Position numbers and translations under genes: made by a program. Positions 1 to 7,329 of a DNA stretch of 24,000 bases are shown in pieces. The stretch spans positions 6,538-30,537 of the forward strand of contig CAYGAC010000006.1 in the NCBI GenBank assembly GCA_964347865.1, given 5' to 3'. How positions within the stretch are numbered: the stretch's first letter is position 1; every line of letters starts with the position of its first letter. This stretch comes from an uncultured Thermoplasmatales archaeon. GTDB taxonomy: Archaea > Thermoplasmatota > E2 > DHVEG-1. Below the pieces are notes generated by a model. It saw nothing but the letters and a program-made list of their open reading frames with translations, searched no databases and was not told where the DNA came from.

Positions 1-616
1 TAAGATTTCTAAATAGGGGATTGATGGAGCCATTCTGACAGGTATTAATAGTAACAGTCATTTGTTGAAAATAATAAAGTTCCCCTGTTTCCTTCACATA
101 ATGAATTGGATAGAGGGTAAACACGAGGAAGGAATATCCCCTGAATTTATACACATTAACATCACTAACTAACTTTGTTGGGTACGGTTTTAATGGATCA
201 AAGTTAATTGATATGTTTGAAGTGTTTTGTCCTTCGTTTGATGATTCTATAAATTCAGGACCGAGTTCGATATTAAATCCATATCCCAAAGATATGTTTC
301 CGATACAAGTGATATTAACTGATTCAAATATGCTTTTTTGGGGTAACTGAATCTTCACAGGTTTCATAGGAAGTATCGGTATTCCAGGATCAATATAATT
401 AGGTAAACCCTCTATTGAAACTTGATCATAAGTTATATTTGAAATATTTATCTGGGTTATAGCGGGTTCCAGGAATGAAAAATTCAATTTAATTATATCA
501 GAATTTTCATTCTCTGCAAATACCAAATGCCCTCCACCTATAAAGAGTATAATAACAATAACAATTGTTGAAAATCCAGCCTTAAAACTTCTTCTAAATA
601 AATATCTTCTTACCAT
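1..616 (-). CDS. Partial CDS (N-terminal ~205 aa, continues past the left edge): secreted peptidase C25 (gingipain)-like protein, signal/anchor plus C25-type propeptide region
   Basis: Absent from the ORF track because no stop lies in the window. My translation from ATG 616-614 is MVRRYLFRRSFKAGFSTIVIVIILFIGGGHLVFAENENSDIIKLNFSFLEPAITQINISNITYDQVSIEGLPNYIDPGIPILPMKPVKIQLPQKSIFESVNITCIGNISLGYGFNIELGPE...YKFRGYSFLVFTLYPIHYVKETGELYYFQQMTVTINT, open to base 1. GGGAGG lies 5 nt upstream of the ATG. The F.F..P...V.I.G....G.P.LP.....I.LP / RGY....L.P..Y....G.L.YY..M.V.I pattern matches my memory of C25 N-terminal propeptides. Confidence 0.55.
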   Translation of the reverse strand, partial: MVRRYLFRRSFKAGFSTIVIVIILFIGGGHLVFAENENSDIIKLNFSFLEPAITQINISNITYDQVSIEGLPNYIDPGIPILPMKPVKIQLPQKSIFESVNITCIGNISLGYGFNIELGPEFIESSNEGQNTSNISINFDPLKPYPTKLVSDVNVYKFRGYSFLVFTLYPIHYVKETGELYYFQQMTVTINTCQNGSINPLFRNL

Positions 617-955
617 TTTTTCCTCCCATGTCTATTTAGTAACTTCTGTTACAAATCGTATAATGAATGAAAAGAAAATTTAATAAGATTTTCCAAGATT
701 GTGGAAAACTGATAAATTATAATAATTTTATATGTTGTGAGTGGTTAAAATTTTCACGTCATTTAGTTTAAAATATATCATGTATTGTTTGATGAGATAC
801 TGTTCTCTAATTAATTTAATAAAAATTTCTATAAATCAAAATTTAGAACTTAATATCTATCGTTATTAATTTTTTTCTAGATTAGATGACATTAGAAAAA
901 ATAAGAAAAATTTTAGGAAAAACTACTTGAGAAATCCAACTGTATTCACTTGATT

Positions 956-1399
956 TCAGTGAGGTAACGTGGAAACAAAAGTAAAAGGTCCGAATATCAA
1001 AGCTATAGCGTTTCCCGTACTAGATGATCCATCAGGCGCTTTAGCATGAACATATATTTCAATAGTTCCAAATCCAAATACAAAACTTTTAACAGTTACT
1101 TTATTGTAGCTGGGAATATTTTCGACGACACCTGTTTTTTCTCTACCGTAAAATATATATCCATGATCTATTCTAATACTCCATTCTACATTCGTCAGGT
1201 TTTTATGGTGTCCATTAAGGATTTCTGCTTTTATAAAATTTCCACCACTAATTTCACCAATATCAATTATCCAACCTTTAATTGGAGTTTCGAATGGATC
1301 AATACCAGTTTCTCCTAACACTCCAAAACTTGAATAGATTAAAAAAGAAAGTATAGTTCCCACTATTAACATATTTTGGTTACATAGCATATAACCCAA
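956..1399 (-). CDS. Small secreted/anchored beta-sandwich protein; its domain is homologous to the C-terminal domain of the 575-aa beta-helix protein at 21079..22806
   Basis: 147-aa ORF with a hydrophobic N-terminus (LIVGTILSFLIYSSFGVLG). The track start at 1399 is TTG; the in-frame ATGs at 1390 or 1372 are more likely starts. Shared blocks with the 575-aa C-terminus: VEWSIRIDHG / VEWSISLDGG and FGFGTIEIYVHA / FGWGATMVTVTA. Confidence 0.6.
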   Translation of the reverse strand: MGYMLCNQNMLIVGTILSFLIYSSFGVLGETGIDPFETPIKGWIIDIGEISGGNFIKAEILNGHHKNLTNVEWSIRIDHGYIFYGREKTGVVENIPSYNKVTVKSFVFGFGTIEIYVHAKAPDGSSSTGNAIALIFGPFTFVSTLPH

Positions 1400-1720
1400 T
1401 TACTGTAATCATCTGATAGTTTAAAAATCTTTTTATTGATATTTTTAAATAAAAAATTTATCTATCATAAATTTCACAATTAAAATTTACATCTAATATC
1501 ACTTTAAGAACATATTTTTTATATATTCAGAACCACTTATTTTATTCAGCACCCCGAGAAAATCTGACACAATTTATTTATCTTTAAATGGAAAAATCAA
1601 ACTCTTTTATCTACAATCATCCTCTTTTTATCTGGATCAATTTTTCCCTTCGTAAAAATAAAGCCAATTATTTGCTCTCATAGATATTCATTTATAATAT
1701 CAATCTGGATTTTTTTCAAT

Positions 1721-2623
1721 ATGATAGTGCAAACTAAATTACCGGGAATTGAAAATGAAATAAGGTTTAGAGTGAAAAATGGAAAATTTAAAAAGGACGT
1801 GGCACGGGAACTCGGTGTTAGTTATTACATGGTGAAGAAATACACAAAGGATATTAGGACAAGTTTAAGAATTCTAAAAGAACTTGAACAACGGGTACGA
1901 GAAGAAGTAAGAAATAGAAAATCTAAGAGGCAAGTAGCAACAGATCTCAATATTTCCATGGATACGGTAATAAAATACACTAGAGACATAAAAACAAAAC
2001 CAATTATTAAAAGAAAAAGGTCGGCTGAAGAGATAAAACAAATCAGAGAAAATGTAAAAAAATATAATTCGAAAATTGAAACTGCAAGGCGGATGGGGCT
2101 TACTTATCAAACTGTGATTTGGTATACTAGAGGTATTCCTCTAAGGAGAAAATATGCACCAAAGCAAAGATATTCTTATGAAAAGATAGAGGAGATACGA
2201 AGAGAAGTCAAAAATGGAAAATTAAAAACTCAAGTAGCTAAAGAGATGAACATCCCCCTTTCTACTGTTTCTGAATACACCGAGGATATCTATCTGGTTA
2301 AAAAGAAGGCAGATATTAGCAATAGGGCATTTTTATTGTTACAGGAACTCGTATGTAAAGGATATGCGTTTCCGTGTTCACGATATGGGTTTAAAGATTA
2401 TCAAATACTGAGGAAGGAATTTCCGAATATTTGGAGAGCGGATATGTATGGTAGAACAATTTTCTATCTGGAGGATAGATCCGATATTGCTATGAGAATG
2501 TTCCTTGAGAGGATAGATAGGAAAATAATCAGTTATCAAGAACTTAAACAGATAATCGATATTTTCCAAGGGAATATTTCAAAAAAGGATAAGAAAAAAT
2601 ATATTAAAAAGGATGAAAATTAA
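1721..2623 (+). CDS. DNA-binding protein with four tandem helix-turn-helix repeats plus a ~110-aa C-terminal domain of unknown function
   Basis: 300-aa ORF with an ATG start. Four ~33-aa internal repeats: IRFRVKNGKFKKDVARELGVSYYMVKKYTKDI, VREEVRNRKSKRQVATDLNISMDTVIKYTRDI, IRENVKKYNSKIETARRMGLTYQTVIWYTRGI, IRREVKNGKLKTQVAKEMNIPLSTVSEYTEDI. Each fits a short resolvase/terminase-like HTH pattern. Confidence 0.7.
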   Translation: MIVQTKLPGIENEIRFRVKNGKFKKDVARELGVSYYMVKKYTKDIRTSLRILKELEQRVREEVRNRKSKRQVATDLNISMDTVIKYTRDIKTKPIIKRKRSAEEIKQIRENVKKYNSKIETARRMGLTYQTVIWYTRGIPLRRKYAPKQRYSYEKIEEIRREVKNGKLKTQVAKEMNIPLSTVSEYTEDIYLVKKKADISNRAFLLLQELVCKGYAFPCSRYGFKDYQILRKEFPNIWRADMYGRTIFYLEDRSDIAMRMFLERIDRKIISYQELKQIIDIFQGNISKKDKKKYIKKDEN

Positions 2624-2862
2624 TATTATTTTTTAAAAATATTAATTCTGTTTTCTACTTATCAACTGTTCATTCTTTCATAGAAATAGTACACTCGGAT
2701 GTACTAGATATGCCGATAAGTTTATAACGATTTATCCATAATTTATTTTTTGCTGGGTGTAGGTGGACGGTTGGCGACGATTTATTTTCCTGAGGGATAT
2801 ACTACTTCAAATTGTTTTGATGATAATGGTTCAAAACGTATAATTTGTAGTTTGTTTTTTTA

Positions 2863-2906
2863 TGGCTAATTGGAGTTGGCTAATTAACTGAAAAACTTGG
2901 CTAATT
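2863..2906. repeat. Three direct copies of TGGCTAATT (2863-2871, 2877-2885, 2898-2906) in an ORF-free tract
   Basis: Read directly: tatGGCTAATTggagtTGGCTAATTaactgaaaaactTGGCTAATTag. The third copy forms the palindrome CTAATTAG. Confidence 0.5.
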
Positions 2907-3034
2907 AGTACCCCCGATGATGCAAGGGTCTATTATAGTGAGTTAAGGTATTAACAGGTAAACAGATATGAGAGCCTAAAGCGATGAATTAGATAGTGAG
3001 GTGATCCTCTCTGCTTTTTAGCATTCGTTTAAGT

Positions 3035-3057
3035 TTCGGTTAATTATCTAAACCGAA
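3035..3057. promoter_or_regulatory. Inverted-repeat site A of the TTCGGTTAA-N5-TTAACCGAA family (TTCGGTTAA ttatc TAAACCGAA)
   Basis: Read directly; one mismatch in the right arm. Lies 19 nt upstream of the small ORF at 3076. Confidence 0.45.
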
Positions 3058-3075
3058 TTTTTAAGGTTTCCAGTT

Positions 3076-3198
3076 ATGCTCCAGGAGATGACAACAATTG
3101 GTGGGACGATGACATTAGCAACAGTAAGTATCTGGTTAGCAATGGTTTTTGTCTCACAGAAAATCAATCAGAATATGTTAAAAACAGTTAAATCTTAA
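3076..3198 (+). CDS. Possible 40-aa small membrane peptide (MLQEMTTIGGTMTLATVSIWLAMVFVSQKINQNMLKTVKS)
   Basis: ATG-initiated ORF below the track's size cutoff, with one hydrophobic helix-length segment. It is preceded by IR site A and followed within 10 nt by three oligo-T runs. No homology known to me. Confidence 0.25.
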   Translation: MLQEMTTIGGTMTLATVSIWLAMVFVSQKINQNMLKTVKS

Positions 3199-3207
3199 AT
3201 AACAAAA

Positions 3208-3228
3208 TTTTTTTATTTTTTATTTTTT
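3208..3228 (+). terminator. Oligo-T tract (T7, T6, T6), a candidate archaeal-style terminator
   Basis: tttttttatttttttatttttt read directly. Archaeal termination typically uses oligo-T runs on the sense strand. Confidence 0.35.
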
Positions 3229-3349
3229 CAAAAGTAAAAAAGGTCAAAAAAGATATTGTTCTATCGGTAGATATAAAAAATGAAAAAATGTCCCTAGCTA
3301 AAGGTTCGATTACATATGCTTGCCTATCTGGTTTTTTAATATTTAAAAA

Positions 3350-3733
3350 TCAAGCATTGATCAGCTTTATATAATTCATCTTTCCGCTTACCTGAAAATC
3401 TCGAACTATCCTCTTTATTCTATCTGCATCACCTTCTAAAACAAATATTTCAAGACATTTATCATCATGTAAATGACTATGGATTTGTGTTTTTGTGATA
3501 TCTTCGAATCTATGTTTAATATCTGATACAACAATTTCCTCATCTTGATTATGGATTAATAATAAAACCGAATTTATTTTCCCGGATAATTTTTCTTTTT
3601 CCTTATTTTCTGCGATAAGTAATCTCGCTCCAGATCTAATTACTTCTGATCTCCCAGAATATCCATATTCATTTTGAATTCTATCGATTTCTTCAAGTAT
3701 TTTATCGTTTAGAGAAATACTTACAATAACCAT
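3350..3733 (-). CDS. nikR: Nickel-responsive transcriptional regulator NikR (RHH N-domain plus metal-binding C-domain)
   Basis: 127 aa. The N-terminal RHH is VSISLNDKILEEIDRIQNEYGYSGRSEVIRSGARLL. The C-terminal HSHLHDDKCLEIFVLEGDADRIKRI matches E. coli NikR [22 protein letters not shown], which carries the His/His/Cys high-affinity Ni site. Confidence 0.85.
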   Translation of the reverse strand: MVIVSISLNDKILEEIDRIQNEYGYSGRSEVIRSGARLLIAENKEKEKLSGKINSVLLLIHNQDEEIVVSDIKHRFEDITKTQIHSHLHDDKCLEIFVLEGDADRIKRIVRDFQVSGKMNYIKLINA

Positions 3734-3744
3734 AATTTAAAAAA

Positions 3745-3784
3745 TTAATAACATCTTTAAATAATTTACCATAAAAGTTATTAA
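3745..3784. promoter_or_regulatory. Candidate NikR operator in the 63-bp divergent intergenic region: TTAATAAC-N24-GTTATTAA, with a third half-site TTAATAA at 3800-3806
   Basis: Perfect 8-bp inverted arms read directly. TATA-like boxes lie at about 3753-3766 (minus strand, ~26 nt from the nikR ATG) and 3788-3797 (plus strand, ~26 nt from the ATG at 3821). This suggests two leaderless transcripts with half-sites overlapping the promoters. The AT-rich background makes a chance palindrome plausible. Confidence 0.35.
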
Positions 3785-3796
3785 CAGATTATATAA

Positions 3797-4450
3797 ATGT
3801 TAATAATATATATAAAATTTATGCGTGAAATCGTCAAAAGAGTCGGAACTGAATTAAAACATCACATCCCTTTTACATCATTTGGAGCTTTAACAGGTAT
3901 AATACTTATGATAATGATCTTTTTTGGTAATTTTTTACCACAAATTGCTCCAAATTCTGAATATATATTTTTTATATTACATCCTACACATATTTTTTTA
4001 AGTGCACTTGTTACAACTGCTCTTTACTTAAAATATACCAAAAAAAATCTTTGGTTAGCAATTATAATTGGATATATTGGCTCAATTGGAATAGCAACAA
4101 TTAGTGATTCGATTATTCCATATTTAGGAGAAATATTACTTGATTTACCGCATGCAGAGGCACATATAGGTTTTATTGAAGAGCCAATTATTACAAATAT
4201 TCCAGCAGTTATTGGAATTTTTTTAGGTTATTGGAAAGGATTTACTAAATTTCCACATGCCGGACATGTTTTAATAAGCACATGGGCATCATTATTCCAT
4301 ATTGTAATGGCTCTAGGGGTATCAATAAACTTTATTCAGATTATTGGCATATTTATATTCCTATTTTTAGCTGTATGGATACCCTGTTGTACAAGTGATA
4401 TTATATTTCCTCTGCTTTTCCCAAAGAGAACTACTAAATCTGAAAATTAA
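3797..4450 (+). CDS. His-rich polytopic membrane protein (about 6 TM), a putative metal (Ni/Co?) transporter divergent from nikR
   Basis: 217-aa ORF; the ATG at 3821 (MREIVKRV...) is the more likely start. About six hydrophobic segments. His clusters: KHH, HPTH inside a TM segment, HAEAH, PHAGH; plus a CC pair (IPCCTSD). I do not recognise the family. Confidence 0.7.
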   Translation: MLIIYIKFMREIVKRVGTELKHHIPFTSFGALTGIILMIMIFFGNFLPQIAPNSEYIFFILHPTHIFLSALVTTALYLKYTKKNLWLAIIIGYIGSIGIATISDSIIPYLGEILLDLPHAEAHIGFIEEPIITNIPAVIGIFLGYWKGFTKFPHAGHVLISTWASLFHIVMALGVSINFIQIIGIFIFLFLAVWIPCCTSDIIFPLLFPKRTTKSEN

Positions 4451-4532
4451 TAATTTATACAAATTCTATTTCAAATAAAAACATAAAAAGAAAAGAAGGT
4501 TTTTATAGAGTCCATGGAAAATATCGCAAAGA

Positions 4533-4669
4533 TTTTCGACGAGAAAAGTGACGAGAATCGGCGAATAAATACGTCCATCATAACCGCTAGATCATAGCCA
4601 ATTATAATAAAAAGAAAAAAGAAAAGTTTTAGAAAAAACTTTTATATTTTCGACGATTTTTTCGACGAT
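4533..4669. repeat. CGACGA-type short direct repeats with 12-nt phasing in an ORF-free tract
   Basis: TTTTCGACGAG at 4533. GACGAGAA at 4538 and 4550 (period 12). TTTTCGACGAT at 4647 and 4659 (period 12). An inverted related copy (ATCGTCGTTTTCTCGG) lies at 5141-5156. Confidence 0.45.
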
Positions 4670-4882
4670 ATTCTCAGCGAAATGTGTAAGGTAACCACTT
4701 TGTTACCCGCCCAATTTTGGAGTTATTTGCCCCAGGAGGGTTCTGTAGCCGATGTGAAATAATCGTGATTGATATAAATATTCTCATGTTTGATTGTCTA
4801 AACTTAAGAATTGAAGTAATGATGAAATGACTTATGTCCAACACTATAATTTCTTTTTGATAAAATCATATATGTAGTGGTT

Positions 4883-4905
4883 TTCGGTTTATCACATTAA
4901 CCGAT
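4883..4905. promoter_or_regulatory. Inverted-repeat site B of the same family (TTCGGTTTA tcaca TTAACCGAT)
   Basis: Read directly; one mismatch per arm relative to site C. Confidence 0.4.
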
Positions 4906-5015
4906 GCCAAGGATTTTTTGGTTAATAAATAAGATGATTAGCAATTTTAAGAGGAAAAAATAGAATTCTAAAAGTTTTTAAATATACTCAGAGGGCAAGA
5001 AGAGGAGGTAGGAAC

Positions 5016-5069
5016 ATGAAAAAAAGATATTCATTTCTTACTGATACTTGTAAGCCTTGCTCCCAATAA
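5016..5069 (+). CDS. Possible 17-aa peptide MKKRYSFLTDTCKPCSQ with a very strong ribosome-binding site
   Basis: GAGGAGGT sits 6-7 nt upstream of the ATG (agaGGAGGTaggaacATG), matching the SD context of confident genes in this window. The peptide has a CxxC pair. No other support. Confidence 0.25.
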   Translation: MKKRYSFLTDTCKPCSQ

Positions 5070-5209
5070 TGAAATCAAAAATTGATTTTTAAGTTTAACT
5101 TCTAATCAAGTCGATGCAAAAGTACAATTTTTACGAAGGAATCGTCGTTTTCTCGGAGGCGATCGGTTTCTAAATTCTCACCCATGCTAAATTTTTTTTC
5201 GTCTGTGAT

Positions 5210-5617
5210 CTATTTCAACTCGATTTTTATACGTGGTTCTGTCATTTTTCCTTTCTTTTCTTGTATCTTGTTTTCTCTTGCTAACCATCCCAATGCAGAA
5301 TAAGCGTCTCTTACCTCTAACTTTGTCAACTCTGTGAGATGGGGAACATCGACTTCTCCAACCGTAGTCAGAACCTGCCATATCTTTCCTGCATTTCTCC
5401 CTATTTCGTTTGTTAAATTGGTTTCATCAAGGAGATACATCATGTTATTCTTACAGATTTTGTTTTCTCGTGCAAGCCATCCTACTGCAGCAAAAAAATC
5501 GTCTTCTCGTAGCTTTGTAATGCTTAAAAGCTTGGCTTCAGTTAGTGGGCCGTATGAATTGAGTGCTTGCCATAACTTACCCGCATTTTTTCCACATTCT
5601 TCAATTATTTTTTTCAT
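5210..5617 (-). CDS. Tandem winged-helix protein (two DUF2582-like wHTH domains in one chain)
   Basis: 135 aa. Internal duplication: NAGKLWQALNSYGPLTEAKLLSITKLREDDFFAAVGWLARENKI and NAGKIWQVLTTVGEVDVPHLTELTKLEVRDAYSALGWLARENKI. GWLARExKI is the hallmark I associate with Pfam DUF2582. GAGGAGAG SD upstream. Confidence 0.75.
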   Translation of the reverse strand: MKKIIEECGKNAGKLWQALNSYGPLTEAKLLSITKLREDDFFAAVGWLARENKICKNNMMYLLDETNLTNEIGRNAGKIWQVLTTVGEVDVPHLTELTKLEVRDAYSALGWLARENKIQEKKGKMTEPRIKIELK

Positions 5618-5746
5618 AGGATCTCTCCTCTAAAATCTCAATATCTTTTGGATGATTATATATATTGTGATAGTTACGCAACTACTGTAAAGTCTGAGGA
5701 TTTCTCGCTTACTAAATATTAAAATTGGAATTAGAAATTTTGTTTT

Positions 5747-5769
5747 TTCGGTTAATATATTTAACCGAA
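5747..5769. promoter_or_regulatory. Inverted-repeat site C, a perfect TTCGGTTAA tatat TTAACCGAA, about 130 nt upstream of the tandem-wHTH gene
   Basis: Perfect 9-bp arms with a 5-nt spacer, read directly. Confidence 0.5.
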
Positions 5770-5829
5770 CTGTTTGTTTGTACACTTTTTTAATACATCA
5801 GCCACTTCTGGTAACACATTTAATGCTCA

Positions 5830-6042
5830 CTACGTTTTTATTTCGCGCAAACTATAAACACTATCATCTGAGCGAAAAATACCAACTTTCTTTCCTACCA
5901 CAGATTCTAATTTTTCCCGTGGAATTGATCCCCACGGTATTTCAATTTCCTTGCGAATTGCAAATACAAGTTTTATTTTATCCTGCTCTGGTTTTATTTC
6001 AGCTAACGTACCAACGATTTCATGAGATTGCTTTAGATGCAT
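5830..6042 (-). CDS. Hypothetical 70-aa protein
   Basis: ATG start with a GAGGGGAG SD upstream. The overlapping plus-strand ORF 5778..6065 is low-complexity and hydrophobic. No family recognised. Confidence 0.5.
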   Translation of the reverse strand: MHLKQSHEIVGTLAEIKPEQDKIKLVFAIRKEIEIPWGSIPREKLESVVGKKVGIFRSDDSVYSLREIKT

Positions 6043-6117
6043 TTAACTCCCCTCTAACAGTATAATAATACGAATTCATTACCCATATATAATATTTATC
6101 TTTTTTTTATTATAATA

Positions 6118-6215
6118 TTAACCGAAATGGTTTTTCTCCTTAAAATCGCTCAAACAGGTTATTTTTAACCGAAATGCTCTCCTTACACAATTTTCATACC
6201 AATCTTAACCGAAAT
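6118..6215 (+). repeat. Three direct copies of the half-site TTAACCGAAAT (6118-6128, 6165-6175, 6205-6215)
   Basis: Identical 11-mers read directly, spaced 47 and 40 nt apart, between the integrase stop and the 70-aa gene start. Confidence 0.55.
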
Positions 6216-6324
6216 CCCTGTAACCTTCTAATCGATGAAAAAAGATCCGTATGGAATATATTCCTGTTCAGATCATCAGGAATTAATGTGGATGCTCTCG
6301 TTTTCAAATCTTTATTTTACCCCA

Positions 6325-7329
6325 TCAATCTACCCCGAGTTGTGGTATACATGCCAGATACGAATCTCTCAGGTCCTTTCGATCAATATGGTGATAAAGA
6401 TCAACAGCTTCATGCCGCGCATCGCCCCGGAGCTCCTTGACGTATTCTCTTTTCATTCCATTTCGCAATAACCAAGTTGAAAACCAATGACGTGTACAAT
6501 GAGTGGTAAATCTATCCTGTATCCTATGGCTGGTAGGATTATGCAAACCAACTCTCGTTGCATATTTAACAATAAGTTCGAATATTGCGTTCCTGCCCAA
6601 CCTCCCTCCCCGTTCATTCAAAAACAATGCTTTCGTCCCACTGTTTTTTCTGTTTACCCTGCTTGCCATCCAGCGTTTGAGCACCCTAGCACATTCGTCA
6701 TCAAAAAAAACATCCAAATTCGTTCTCTTGGGAATGGGTTTAAGGTGAATGCACTGCTCCAGCCAATCAATATCATTCACATCGATATGGGATAATTCTT
6801 CACGGCGGATTCCTGTTTTTGCCAAAACAATGACCACCGCTTTATCACGCGGGTCCATAATGGAGTTCACCAGCATACTCATTTCTTCTATGCTGATCAG
6901 TTTCCTTCTAGAACTGCCATCGTCGCTATACCGCTTTCTTTTATACTCTCTCAAATAACGCTTACGAAACTTGGGCATCGGTGATGTATCAATATAGTTT
7001 TCAAACTCCAGATACTCGTACAGGGACTGAATGGCAGAAAAATACCTGTTGATAGTAGAAGTGCTTAATGATTCGTTATATCTATTTTTTAAATTTTCAA
7101 GATATAGTTTGAAGTTTTTCAAATCAGGGATGTCAACATCCAATAACGATCTATCAACGGTATCTGAAAAAACAGTTAAGCATGACCGATAGTTGTCAAT
7201 GGTTTTTCTAGTTAATCCCATGCATTTGGCATCGGTCAAATATTCCTTAATAAGAGCTTCATTATTTATCTCTCTCCGTACATCAGGAACGATGGTGGTT
7301 TTTTTCTTTACTCCTCTTTCCATCGCCAC
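6325..7329 (-). CDS. Tyrosine recombinase / integrase (phage-integrase family)
   Basis: 334 aa. N-terminal SAM-like core-binding region (INRYFSAIQSLYEYL). Catalytic-domain motifs: AKTGIRREEL (Arg), HCTRHWF (His-x-x-Arg), and VDLYHHI (likely Tyr nucleophile). The track start at 7329 is GTG; the ATG at 7323 preceded by GGGGTG is more likely. Overlaps the upstream gene's end. Confidence 0.85.
   Translation of the reverse strand: MAMERGVKKKTTIVPDVRREINNEALIKEYLTDAKCMGLTRKTIDNYRSCLTVFSDTVDRSLLDVDIPDLKNFKLYLENLKNRYNESLSTSTINRYFSAIQSLYEYLEFENYIDTSPMPKFRKRYLREYKRKRYSDDGSSRRKLISIEEMSMLVNSIMDPRDKAVVIVLAKTGIRREELSHIDVNDIDWLEQCIHLKPIPKRTNLDVFFDDECARVLKRWMASRVNRKNSGTKALFLNERGGRLGRNAIFELIVKYATRVGLHNPTSHRIQDRFTTHCTRHWFSTWLLRNGMKREYVKELRGDARHEAVDLYHHIDRKDLRDSYLACIPQLGVD

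Noticed and set aside
2998-3007. GAGGTGATCC, a 10-nt perfect complement to the canonical 16S rRNA 3' tail (an extended Shine-Dalgarno).
   Set aside because: No start codon follows at a usable distance; the next ATG, at 3076, is about 70 nt away. I therefore cannot call a gene or a function from it.
4514-4597. 27-codon ORF MENIAKIFDEKSDENRRINTSIITARS overlapping the CGACGA repeats.
   Set aside because: No SD, very short, and its sequence is dictated by the DNA repeats. Treated as noncoding repeat sequence.
4819-4870. ATGATGA resembling a C box of an archaeal C/D box sRNA.
   Set aside because: No CTGA D box, C'/D' boxes or terminal stem at appropriate spacing downstream.
5058-5065. TTGCTCCC, matching the acceptor-end bases TGCTCCC of tRNA-Glu, as a possible far att site of the integrated element.
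   Set aside because: Only 7 nt match and the flanks are not collinear with the tRNA 3' segment. This is too short to distinguish from chance.
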